From assembly GCA_007123985.1 (NCBI GenBank), contig SLGA01000214.1, positions 1-54,967 of the forward strand: a stretch of 54,967 bases of DNA. The letters are read 5' to 3'. This document shows positions 1 through 10,129 of the stretch, piece after piece; within the stretch, counting starts at the first letter, position 1, and every line of letters begins with the position of its first letter. The notes beneath the pieces were generated by a model. That model was not told the origin of the DNA and did no database searches. It worked only from the letters and a program-made list of their open reading frames with translations. Source of the stretch: Balneolaceae bacterium (GTDB taxonomy: Bacteria; Bacteroidota; Rhodothermia; Balneolales; Balneolaceae). The position numbers and the translations under genes were made by a program.

Positions 1-792
1 TCAATTGATTTAAATAAAAATAATATAGGGGTTTACGATAATATTTTATCAAGGTTTAGTTCGTTCGATATCGAAATAGAATCTGATTCAATAAATATAG
101 TAAATGGTCAGTTAATCAATTTAGATTCAAGTGAAGGGAGACCGGTGAATGTAACTTTGCTAAATAATAACACGTTAGTCGGTACAGGTTCTTTTCAAGA
201 AAAGCGTGTTAGATATTTTAATCTTGATGGAAGTATTAAAAAATCCGTCGGAGATTTGCCTTTAGTTGAATCAAAAAACTCAAATTTCTCTTTTTTTACT
301 GTTAATCGAAGATTTCCAGATAATATTTTACAACATGCTTACCAAAGCAAAATAGAGTCTAGGCCAGATGGTCATTTTTTTGCAATAGCCGCTCGGCATG
401 CAAATTTAATTGAAATCTATAACCATCCGGGTGAAAAAGTAGTTGAGATCAGAGACATAATAAACGCTGTACCCAAAATAGATATTATAAATGTTCAGGG
501 GAATTCGGTTCTGAATCAAGGGGTTGAAGATTTTCATTTTGGATACATTGATCTGAAAGTAAGCGATAGCAAAATTTATGGCTTGTTCTCTGGCAGAAAA
601 AATGCTGATGGAAATGCATACTTAGGTAATGAAATTCACATTTTTAATTGGGAAGGAGAATTGCTTAAAATTTTAGAGTTAAATGAATATTTAATTGCAA
701 TAGAAGTGGATGAGGTGGCATCCATGATTTATGGAATTGAACATTATCCGGGGTTGAGCGTTAATATTTATGATTTTACAGGTATAAATTGA
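1..792 (+). CDS. 5'-truncated TolB-like 6-bladed beta-propeller protein (BF3164-like family)
   Basis: Frame is open from base 1 (SIDLNKNNIGVYDN...), so the gene starts outside the window. C-terminal 'GYIDLKVSDSKIYGLFSGR...IHIFNWEGELL...IEVDE...IYG' resembles FCB-group 6-bladed propeller proteins. Very AT-rich. Confidence 0.6.
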   Translation, partial: SIDLNKNNIGVYDNILSRFSSFDIEIESDSINIVNGQLINLDSSEGRPVNVTLLNNNTLVGTGSFQEKRVRYFNLDGSIKKSVGDLPLVESKNSNFSFFTVNRRFPDNILQHAYQSKIESRPDGHFFAIAARHANLIEIYNHPGEKVVEIRDIINAVPKIDIINVQGNSVLNQGVEDFHFGYIDLKVSDSKIYGLFSGRKNADGNAYLGNEIHIFNWEGELLKILELNEYLIAIEVDEVASMIYGIEHYPGLSVNIYDFTGIN

Positions 793-840
793 AAGAGTTT
801 ATAAGCATAGTTGAACTATGTTTCATCTGCACTGCAATAT

Positions 841-865
841 GCTGATGCAATTTGATTGCATCAGC
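841..865. terminator. Hairpin between convergent genes, probable bidirectional terminator
   Basis: Perfect 11-bp stem GCTGATGCAAT-ttg-ATTGCATCAGC between stops at 792 (+) and 876 (-); no long U-tract. Confidence 0.45.
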
Positions 866-875
866 TATCTTCATT

Positions 876-1499
876 TCAGATCTCTCCGGGCTCCACTACC
901 TCAAACTCCTCCACAAACACCAGCTCACAGGCGCCGTTTCCGGTATCGGTTCGGGTGAGTGAGCTTACCCAGTGCCAGCCGTCTGCCGATTCGGCGCGCA
1001 CCAGCTTGCCACTGAAATTTACCAAATCTCCTTTTCGTGCTCTTTTCATAGCCCGTTCAATTTCTCTGTTAGCGGGGATCATGTGCATATTTGCGCTGGA
1101 CGTTTCGATCTCGCGGCGGGGAATAGGAAATTGCTGCACACGCCAGTAGTAGAAGCGGTTATTTTGGCGGATGTTGATTTGGTTGTAAACGGCTTCGTCT
1201 GACATACGCCCCCAGCCCAGGGCAAAATCCACCGGGGAAAGATCCGATTCGCGCCCCCAGCTATAATTTTTTCGGGCGAGAACCCTTGCCTGTATCTCAA
1301 ATTCAGCAAGCGGAGTGATGAAATAGTCGTTATGCATAAACATGGGAGCATTGGTTATGTTTACCTGATGGGGCTCCTCCGGCGCCAAAATACCCGGACC
1401 ATAGCTCACATCACTGCCAAGCGGCCAAAATCTGATCAGGCTAATAACAATGATCAGCACAAACAGAGTGGTTGTAATGTTTTTCACACTGAGTGTCAT
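876..1499 (-). CDS. Hypothetical exported/membrane-anchored protein
   Basis: 207 aa, N-terminal hydrophobic helix, motifs SPVDFALGWG, SANMHMIPA, GACELVFVE; start overlaps the mgsA stop (ATGA). Confidence 0.75.
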   Translation of the reverse strand: MTLSVKNITTTLFVLIIVISLIRFWPLGSDVSYGPGILAPEEPHQVNITNAPMFMHNDYFITPLAEFEIQARVLARKNYSWGRESDLSPVDFALGWGRMSDEAVYNQINIRQNNRFYYWRVQQFPIPRREIETSSANMHMIPANREIERAMKRARKGDLVNFSGKLVRAESADGWHWVSSLTRTDTGNGACELVFVEEFEVVEPGEI

Positions 1500-1984
1500 T
1501 TCTCTTTACTTAAACTTTTTAATCTTGCACCGTAATCCACAAGATAACGTTCATACGGCTTATCGAGCAGCTCAGAGCTGATCAAAAAATCGGCAGATGA
1601 TCTGCTGCATGCCAGAGGTATGTTATATACAATGGCAATCCGAAGAAGAGCTTTTACATCCACATCATGGGGCTGTGCCTGCAGCGGATCCCAGAAAAAT
1701 ATGAGGATATCGAGCTGTCCTTCTGCAATAGCTGCCCCAAGCTGCTGATCACCGCCCAGCGGTCCGCTCATAAATCGGCGTACAGGGAGCCCAAGCTTTT
1801 CGGAGATGAGTCCGCCCGTTGTGCCCGTTCCAAAAAGTTCATGTTCTGAAAGAATTTTTTTGTTGTATTCAGCCCAGTCGAGCAGATCGGGTTTTCGGTA
1901 ATCATGGGCAACCAGCGCAATGCGTTTTTTTACTTTCATTTCGGATGTGCTGGAAGCGATACTTGGGTGAGTCTTAGTGTCCAT
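1496..1984 (-). CDS. mgsA: Methylglyoxal synthase
   Basis: IALVAHD..K, GTGTTG, SGPLGGDQQ, FFWDPLQAQPHDVDVKALLR signature motifs. ATG at 1984 preferred over 2029. Confidence 0.96.
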   Translation of the reverse strand: MDTKTHPSIASSTSEMKVKKRIALVAHDYRKPDLLDWAEYNKKILSEHELFGTGTTGGLISEKLGLPVRRFMSGPLGGDQQLGAAIAEGQLDILIFFWDPLQAQPHDVDVKALLRIAIVYNIPLACSRSSADFLISSELLDKPYERYLVDYGARLKSLSKEK

Positions 1985-2292
1985 AAGATATAAGTTTATT
2001 AGCCGGTTACGATTTGAGGCTCCATACATCCAATGATGCTCTAATTTGAGGTAAAGTCAAAGCATAAATTGAATCCGGATCGAAGTAAGAATTTGAAAAC
2101 AAATTCATGTGATTTTTTTGATGAAAATATTAAACCGTTCACTCTTATTACACAGCTCAGTGTACACACACGGAATATATCTAAGCTGCATAATGGAAAA
2201 TAATTGAGCCAATTAAATAAAAAGTTCGTGATATAGGTTGATTGTCAAAATCGTTCAGAAATCTAATAACGAATTAAAAATAAAGTAGTTTT

Positions 2293-2949
2293 ATGCTCAA
2301 TAAATTAAAAGATTTGGCCGCACAGGCACAGCAAATGGGAAATGCCATGCAGTTTGATCCATCCAGATTTGATGACCCTATCGCCATGCAAATACAGTGG
2401 AACCGAATAGGCAGGTCCAATTCGAATTTCAAAGCAAGAAATCTTAAAGAGGTTGCACCCGGCCGATTGGAATATAAAAGCAGTACAGGCGCGAAAGTGT
2501 TCAGTCTGATTTTTATAGTAGTAGGACTAATCATCCCGGTTTGGTTTTTCTTCTCGTATTTTGATACAGCAGAAGGGTTAGCTGAAGTGATCTTTCCCCT
2601 CGTATTCGGTGCAATATTTATTGGCACAGGCTACTTTCTGTATGTAAGCAAGACCAAACCGATCGTTTTCGATAAAAATTCAGGCCATTTTTGGACCGGA
2701 AAAAACGAACCAGGTACAAGTACAGATCAAAAAAATACAGTCAGATTTTCGGATATCCATGCTGTGCAGCTGCTTTCACAGTACGTTCGGGGAGACAAAC
2801 GCTCGTACTATGTGTACGAAACCAACCTTGTACTAAAGGATACCAATCGTATTAACATTGTTAGCCAGGGTGGGGCTCAGCAGAGTAACATGCAAGATGC
2901 ACAGCAAATTGCAAATTTCATCGGCGTTCCGCTATGGAGTGCTCTGTAA
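2293..2949 (+). CDS. Hypothetical membrane protein (2 TM plus soluble C-terminal domain)
   Basis: 218 aa, two hydrophobic segments, followed by a strong terminator. Confidence 0.7.
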   Translation: MLNKLKDLAAQAQQMGNAMQFDPSRFDDPIAMQIQWNRIGRSNSNFKARNLKEVAPGRLEYKSSTGAKVFSLIFIVVGLIIPVWFFFSYFDTAEGLAEVIFPLVFGAIFIGTGYFLYVSKTKPIVFDKNSGHFWTGKNEPGTSTDQKNTVRFSDIHAVQLLSQYVRGDKRSYYVYETNLVLKDTNRINIVSQGGAQQSNMQDAQQIANFIGVPLWSAL

Positions 2950-2987
2950 TCGAATTAAAAAACTACAGATAATTAGCTTGTAAATAT

Positions 2988-3020
2988 AAACAGCACAAGT
3001 GTGTCACTTGTGCTGTTTTT
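2988..3020 (+). terminator. Rho-independent terminator
   Basis: AAACAGCACAAGTG-tgt-CACTTGTGCTGTTT(TT): 14-bp perfect stem with T-run, downstream of the stop at 2949. Confidence 0.8.
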
Positions 3021-3165
3021 CTGCTTATCCCATTATTTGCGCGCCTGTTTATACTTTTCTTCTCTTTTCATCTGTAAAATCCGTACTCGCCATTTTGGTC
3101 AGAATCGGTGTATCTTTATCTGTATAAAATGAAAACCTATAACGATTAAATTACCCAAAATAATT

Positions 3166-3597
3166 ATGGCAGTAGAACGCACATTAACCATCCTGAAACC
3201 GGACTGCGTACGCAAAAATCTAATTGGCGAAGTTACCCGCCGTATTCAGGAAGCAGGATTCAAAATTGTAGCAATGAAATTGACCCGCCTAACCAAAGAT
3301 ACCGCCGGCGGATTCTATGACGTTCATAGAGAGCGTCCATTCTTTGGTGAATTAACCGATTTTATGAGCAGCGGCCCATGTGTTCCAATGATCCTGGAAA
3401 AAGAGAATGCAGTTGCTGATTTTCGTGAGTTTATCGGCGCAACCAATCCGGCCGAAGCAGCCGAGGGGACCATCCGTGCAGATTTTGCCGACAGTGTTGG
3501 GGAAAATATTGTTCACGGCTCCGATTCTGTTGAGAACGGAAAAATTGAAGGCGCCTACTTTTTTGCAGAATCAGAAGTAGTTGCGAACGAAGCTTAA
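3166..3597 (+). CDS. ndk: Nucleoside diphosphate kinase
   Basis: [38 protein letters not shown] (catalytic His). Confidence 0.98.
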   Translation: MAVERTLTILKPDCVRKNLIGEVTRRIQEAGFKIVAMKLTRLTKDTAGGFYDVHRERPFFGELTDFMSSGPCVPMILEKENAVADFREFIGATNPAEAAEGTIRADFADSVGENIVHGSDSVENGKIEGAYFFAESEVVANEA

Positions 3598-3610
3598 TCC
3601 ATTCGTCAGG

Positions 3611-3642
3611 TCTCCCTGAATCAAATCAGGGAGATTTTTTTT
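3611..3642 (+). terminator. Rho-independent terminator of ndk
   Basis: TCTCCCTGA-atcaaa-TCAGGGAGA followed by T8. Confidence 0.85.
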
Positions 3643-3705
3643 GGAATTTTCGCCTTTTGCTTAGGTATATTCAGCATAAATAACTTCTAACCGATTCTTC
3701 CGATT

Positions 3706-4980
3706 ATGCTGAACTCTATTTATTCAATTCTATTCACTGGTACTTTGTTTTTTTTAATGGCTGCATGTGCCGACAGAAAAGCAGAAACAGAAACCGAACT
3801 CCCGCATTCACTTCAACCCGATTCAGAAATTGAACGTGTAATAGTAGGTGCTGAAATTCTGATTGATCGCCATCTTGAGGAATTATCCGATCAACGAATT
3901 GGCCTGGTAATGAACCCCACAGCAAGAATCGGAGATGTGCATGTGCTCGATTCACTGTTGGTTTTAGATGTTAATATTACTGCATTATTTGCCCCTGAGC
4001 ACGGATTTCGGGGAGAGGCCGGTGCCGGAGAGCTAATTGAGGATGGGATCGATCAGGAATCGGGGTTGCCCGTTTTCTCCCTTTATGGCGAAACCCGGAA
4101 ACCAACCCCTGAAATGCTTGATCACGTGGATCTGCTGATTTTCGACATGCAGGATGTTGGAGCTCGATTTTACACATATATCGCCACGCTGGGACTTGTA
4201 ATTGAAGCAGCCGCTGAAGCGGGGGTGCCTGTTTGGGTGCTCGATCGTCCCAACCCTATCGGTGGAAATTACGTTAGCGGATGGATGATGGAGGATGAAT
4301 TTCAATCATTTGTAGGGCCATACCCCATACCAATAGCGCATGGACTCACTATGGGAGAAATCGCTAAAATGATGATTGGTGAAAGATGGATAGATTTTGA
4401 TAATGCGCCAGATTTAAAAATAATAGAGATGGAAGGATGGAACCGTGATATGCGTTGGTACCGCACCGGACTTAATTGGGTGCCCCCGTCTCCAAATTTA
4501 CCAACATTCAGCCATGCGTATCTCTATTTGGGGACCGTTTTTTTCGAAGGTACAACTCTATCCGAGGGGCGCGGAACAGCCAATCCTTTCCTCACTATGG
4601 GCGATCCGTCTACAAATTTAAGTGATGATGACCTCGAAAGGCTGCGTGCAATCTCATCCAATCTACGTATTGACGAGGTAGAGTTCACGCCGGTTTCCAT
4701 CCCGGGAGTGGCACCCACTCCGAAACATCAGGATGTCGTATGTTTTGGTATTCAGGCAGATATAACCGGATTCGATTTCGATCCTGTACTTGCAGGGCTC
4801 GATATGTTTGTCACCGTTGTAAGAGCTACCGCTGATTATGAAACCCGTTCATTTTTGTATCGGCTTACAGGTTCACGAGAAATTGATAAACTGCTGAGTG
4901 GTGAAATGGAAGTAAACGATTTAAACTTTCAACTGGATGACTATCTTGAGCAACGGAAACCATATCTGCTTTATGATTAA
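3706..4980 (+). CDS. namZ: Exo-beta-N-acetylmuramidase NamZ family (DUF1343) lipoprotein
   Basis: LFAPEHGFRG, SLYG, FDMQDVGARFYTY, VLDRPNP, HGLTMGE, PPSPNLP, SEGRGT; lipobox-like MAAC. Confidence 0.9.
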   Translation: MLNSIYSILFTGTLFFLMAACADRKAETETELPHSLQPDSEIERVIVGAEILIDRHLEELSDQRIGLVMNPTARIGDVHVLDSLLVLDVNITALFAPEHGFRGEAGAGELIEDGIDQESGLPVFSLYGETRKPTPEMLDHVDLLIFDMQDVGARFYTYIATLGLVIEAAAEAGVPVWVLDRPNPIGGNYVSGWMMEDEFQSFVGPYPIPIAHGLTMGEIAKMMIGERWIDFDNAPDLKIIEMEGWNRDMRWYRTGLNWVPPSPNLPTFSHAYLYLGTVFFEGTTLSEGRGTANPFLTMGDPSTNLSDDDLERLRAISSNLRIDEVEFTPVSIPGVAPTPKHQDVVCFGIQADITGFDFDPVLAGLDMFVTVVRATADYETRSFLYRLTGSREIDKLLSGEMEVNDLNFQLDDYLEQRKPYLLYD

Positions 4981-5468
4981 TGAATCGAATCATAATGGCC
5001 GAAAACTATAAACATACACAAATCGGTTATTTTACAATCGCTGTTTTCAGTGTGGTATTTTTGATCGTCCTTTCAGTTTATGCTGGTGAAAATCTCGCCG
5101 ATGGTGAAGGAAGGGTGTTGCCGGTTACCCTGCTGATATTATTGCTCTTTTTAATAAACTTCTCAACGTTAACGGTTAAAGTTACACGGAATGAGATTAT
5201 CTGGTACTTTGGTCCGGGGTTGTGGAAATTCCGGCTGAAACTTGATGAGGTACAGGCTGTTGCTGTAATACGTTCTTCAATTTGGGAAGGAGTGGGAATT
5301 CGCTGGAATCCATACAAAGGTATGCTCTTCAATGTGTCGGGTCAGCATGCAGTTAAAATCATCAGGAAGAATGTTAAAAGCACACGTATTGGAACCAACC
5401 AACCGCAAGAATTGCTTCAGGCAATCCGGCAATCAGCCGGTTTTACCGGGCAGCAGGTTCGATTATAA
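4980..5468 (+). CDS. Hypothetical membrane protein with PH-like C-terminal domain
   Basis: Two TM helices, then GVGIRW..LFNVSG..IGTNQPQEL. Start may be ATG 4995. Confidence 0.65.
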   Translation: MNRIIMAENYKHTQIGYFTIAVFSVVFLIVLSVYAGENLADGEGRVLPVTLLILLLFLINFSTLTVKVTRNEIIWYFGPGLWKFRLKLDEVQAVAVIRSSIWEGVGIRWNPYKGMLFNVSGQHAVKIIRKNVKSTRIGTNQPQELLQAIRQSAGFTGQQVRL

Positions 5469-5471
5469 ACA

Positions 5472-6224
5472 TTATTTTGAGCGATTGATTCTCTGTTTCT
5501 GCCATTCATAACAAACCAATGCCGCACTTACAGATGCATTTAGAGACTCCACACCATTCTCCATTGGGATAGACAGAAGAAAATCGCAATGTTCACCGGT
5601 TTTTTTCCGCATTCCACGGCCCTCATTACCAATAACAAATGCCATAGGTACATCAAACTTCTGTTCCCAAAGCATAGAATCACCGCTCATATCCAGGCCG
5701 GCAACCCAAAATTGGTTCTCTTTGAGCTGAAGAATTGCCTGGTTTAAGTTCACAGCCCTCACGATTGGAATTCTTCCTGCAGTACCTGCACTGGTTTTGA
5801 AAACCGCAGCATTTACTGGAGCTTGCCTGTGTTTTGGTACGATTATAGCATTGATACCTGAAGCTGCAGCAGTTCTGAGAATAGCACCAAAATTATGCGG
5901 ATCTTCAATTTCATCGAGCAGTAGAACTGCAGTATTATTATCCGGTTTAAAGGAAATCAGCCAATCTTCAAACTCCGCATATTCAACACGGCTGATAGCC
6001 GCCACAACCCCCTGATCGTTCACCCGTCCTACCAGGTCAAAAAGTTTTGTGCCAGGAACGTCAACCACCGGAATGCGGTTTTTCGAGCAGAGATCGGCAA
6101 TCTTTGAAAGTGAGCCACTCCCTACATTTTTTTTGAGGTACACTTTATCCACCTGCTGCGGATTTGTTAAGAGAAGTTCTTCAACAGGTTTTCTGCCGTA
6201 AATAAATTGATTTTGATCGTCCAA
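5472..6224 (-). CDS. rlmB: 23S rRNA (Gm2251) 2'-O-methyltransferase, TrmH/SpoU family
   Basis: IYGRKPVEE, QGVVA, LDEIEDPHNFGAILRTA, KTSAG, GNEGRG, IPM..GVESLNASVSA; TTG start. Confidence 0.92.
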   Translation of the reverse strand: MDDQNQFIYGRKPVEELLLTNPQQVDKVYLKKNVGSGSLSKIADLCSKNRIPVVDVPGTKLFDLVGRVNDQGVVAAISRVEYAEFEDWLISFKPDNNTAVLLLDEIEDPHNFGAILRTAAASGINAIIVPKHRQAPVNAAVFKTSAGTAGRIPIVRAVNLNQAILQLKENQFWVAGLDMSGDSMLWEQKFDVPMAFVIGNEGRGMRKKTGEHCDFLLSIPMENGVESLNASVSAALVCYEWQKQRINRSK

Positions 6225-6294
6225 ACGAGAAATAATTTTTTACTTGTTTGCGAAAGTTTGAATAAGTAAAATAGAAAAAATAGAGGCCAAACCG

Positions 6295-6642
6295 ATGACC
6301 GGAAATTCTAAAAAAACAAGCTTTGAATTTGTTAAACGTAATCCCAAAAACGAGAAGGGCAGGGGTGTATCGAACAGAAGAATTTGGTCGTTGGTGCGTC
6401 ATACCCACACTCTGTTGCCGCTACTATCGGGTGCAGTGCAGGTTTTTTCCGGTTTGATTTTGGTGAGCAGTGCGATTTTAGGATTGATTGAGCCGATCTG
6501 GCTTTCTGCCTTTTTGAGTTTACTCGGCAGCATTTTAAGTATGGCTGGTGTTTTTCTTATCTATCACACCATTACCAGGCAGGATAGTTTTGACGGATTA
6601 CTGAATCAGGCTATAAGAAGGGTGATTAACTCACAAAATTAA
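6295..6642 (+). CDS. Hypothetical small membrane protein (2 TM)
   Basis: 115 aa, basic N-terminus and two hydrophobic helices; first gene of a tightly spaced + run. Confidence 0.65.
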   Translation: MTGNSKKTSFEFVKRNPKNEKGRGVSNRRIWSLVRHTHTLLPLLSGAVQVFSGLILVSSAILGLIEPIWLSAFLSLLGSILSMAGVFLIYHTITRQDSFDGLLNQAIRRVINSQN

Positions 6643-6646
6643 ACTT

Positions 6647-6976
6647 ATGCCGAATTCATCATCGGATGCAGAAAAGATTGAACTCTATAAGCAGGTTCAT
6701 CTCCGGTCAAAAAAAGAGCTTTCCGAAGAAGAAAAAATTCCATTCCTCGAAAAAAAACGCCGTTCAAAATGGATTCAGCTTGGTCTCAATATTTCGATCA
6801 TAATTCTCTTTATGTATATGTATTATCAGGGGCTTACCACATTTGGTGATTGGTTCTACTATTTGCTCTTTGGCGTTTTTTCACTGAATTTACTTCTGAT
6901 CTACTTTCAGGTTAAACAGATAAACTTTTTGATCGAGCACATGCAATCAGAAAGGGATCGCGGCTTTAAAGCTTGA
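6647..6976 (+). CDS. Hypothetical small membrane protein (2 TM)
   Basis: 109 aa, charged N-terminus and two TM helices; 4 nt after the previous stop. Confidence 0.65.
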   Translation: MPNSSSDAEKIELYKQVHLRSKKELSEEEKIPFLEKKRRSKWIQLGLNISIIILFMYMYYQGLTTFGDWFYYLLFGVFSLNLLLIYFQVKQINFLIEHMQSERDRGFKA

Positions 6977-7010
6977 TTCTGCAAACCGGAATAAACAAAA
7001 GGAGCTTCAG

Positions 7011-7775
7011 ATTAAACTATTTGGAAAACCATTTCTGATTATTGCTCATCGCGGTGCAAGCAGATATGCCCCTGAAAATACACTGGCCGCATTCAAGCTT
7101 GCGCATGCCATGAACGCTGATATGATTGAGCTGGATGTTCTGCTTACAAGTGATGGAGTACCGGTTGTGTTCCATGATGTTGATGTGAGAAAACTGACCA
7201 ATGGCAAAGGGAAGGTTTCGGATTTAAGTTTCAGTGAGTTGAAGAAACTTGATGCAGGGATAACGTTTTCAAAAGATTTTAAGCATGAAAGAATCCCATC
7301 GCTCAAGGCTGTTTTAGACTGGCTGCCGGCAGAGATGCTCCTGAATATTGAGATTAAACCTGAAGCAGTTTCAGAGAGCAGGGCGGGTGGAATAGAGGAA
7401 AAAGTAATTCAACTGATTGAACAAATGAACCTGGAGAATCGTGTTTTACTCTCAAGTTTTAACTACACGGCTGTGAAAAGGTTTAAGCAGATCAACAGCG
7501 AAATACAAACAGGATTACTTTATGAGGCGGGACAATCACGTGGCAGAGGTCCATCAGAACTAATAAAAGAGTATGAGGCGAATTTTTTTCACTGCAGTTC
7601 ACGGAAGATGACAAAAAAATGGCGAATGGAACTCAATGATCATAAAATTCCATACCTGGTTTATACCATAAACAGAAAATGGGCAATGAAAAGATGGTTA
7701 AAGCATGGAGCAGCAGGTATATTCAGTGACAGGCCGGATCTGCTAAAGGAAGTTTATCTGAATAATTTGCGGTAA
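7011..7775 (+). CDS. Glycerophosphodiester phosphodiesterase (GDPD); start uncertain
   Basis: In-frame IIAHRGASRYAPENTLAAF (from 7038) lies upstream of the ORF-track ATG 7110; ELDV, HD, NIEIK, SSF, YTIN, GIFSDRP motifs. No ATG/GTG/TTG in frame between the stop at 6930 and 7110; ATT 7011 used provisionally. Confidence 0.85.
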   Translation: MKLFGKPFLIIAHRGASRYAPENTLAAFKLAHAMNADMIELDVLLTSDGVPVVFHDVDVRKLTNGKGKVSDLSFSELKKLDAGITFSKDFKHERIPSLKAVLDWLPAEMLLNIEIKPEAVSESRAGGIEEKVIQLIEQMNLENRVLLSSFNYTAVKRFKQINSEIQTGLLYEAGQSRGRGPSELIKEYEANFFHCSSRKMTKKWRMELNDHKIPYLVYTINRKWAMKRWLKHGAAGIFSDRPDLLKEVYLNNLR

Positions 7776-7838
7776 TCCAATCAGCCATAAAAAACTTTTT
7801 TGTGCAGAATGGCTATTTGGTTTGAATGGCAGTTCTGA

Positions 7839-9524
<1,686 letters not shown>

Positions 9525-9525
9525 T

Positions 9526-10008
9526 TTGTCTGAGCAGGATATTTATATAAATAAACTACGTAACCGGGCGTGTGCTGTAATAGTAAGTGACGACTGGATC
9601 CTACTTGCAAAGCACAATTCTCCAACCAGGAAAGAGCCGATTTGGATGCCTCCGGGTGGTGGTATTGAATTTGGCGAGCCCGCAAAAGATGCACTTATCC
9701 GTGAGGTTAAGGAAGAGACCGGTCTTATTGTTGAACCAACACGTCTGATTTGGGTTCATGAATATTTAGACACTCCCTATCATGCTATAGAATTCTATTT
9801 TGAATGCTCTATTGCCGGGGGTGCGCTTAAACTCGGAGAAGACCCAGAGCACTCTAAAGACAATCAAATTTTACTGGATCTCAAATTTATACCGTTCACC
9901 GATACTTCCAATCTCCCGATTTATCCTGCTTTCTTAAAAGAGAGCTGTAAAAACAGCGGTAAACTTCCCGAAAATGTTGTTCATGTGATTACCAGTCCGG
10001 AAGTGTAA
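9526..10008 (+). CDS. NUDIX hydrolase
   Basis: Nudix box PGGGIEFGEPAKDALIREVKEETG; TTG 9526 just after the pyrG stop preferred over 9493. Confidence 0.88.
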   Translation: MSEQDIYINKLRNRACAVIVSDDWILLAKHNSPTRKEPIWMPPGGGIEFGEPAKDALIREVKEETGLIVEPTRLIWVHEYLDTPYHAIEFYFECSIAGGALKLGEDPEHSKDNQILLDLKFIPFTDTSNLPIYPAFLKESCKNSGKLPENVVHVITSPEV

Positions 10009-10091
10009 CGTTACAAGGGATTGATGCTCAATTCAATTCACTGTTTCTGATTTATTCTGATTCAAATCGTGTAGGCCCGCACAGCTTTTCT

Positions 10092-10099
10092 TATATTTG
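10092..10099 (+). promoter_or_regulatory. TAnnTTTG-type (-7) promoter core
   Basis: TATATTTG about 30 nt upstream of ATG 10130; matches the Bacteroidota primary-sigma -7 consensus. Confidence 0.45.
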
Positions 10100-10129
10100 C
10101 ACCGAAAACTACAACTATATAAACCTTCA

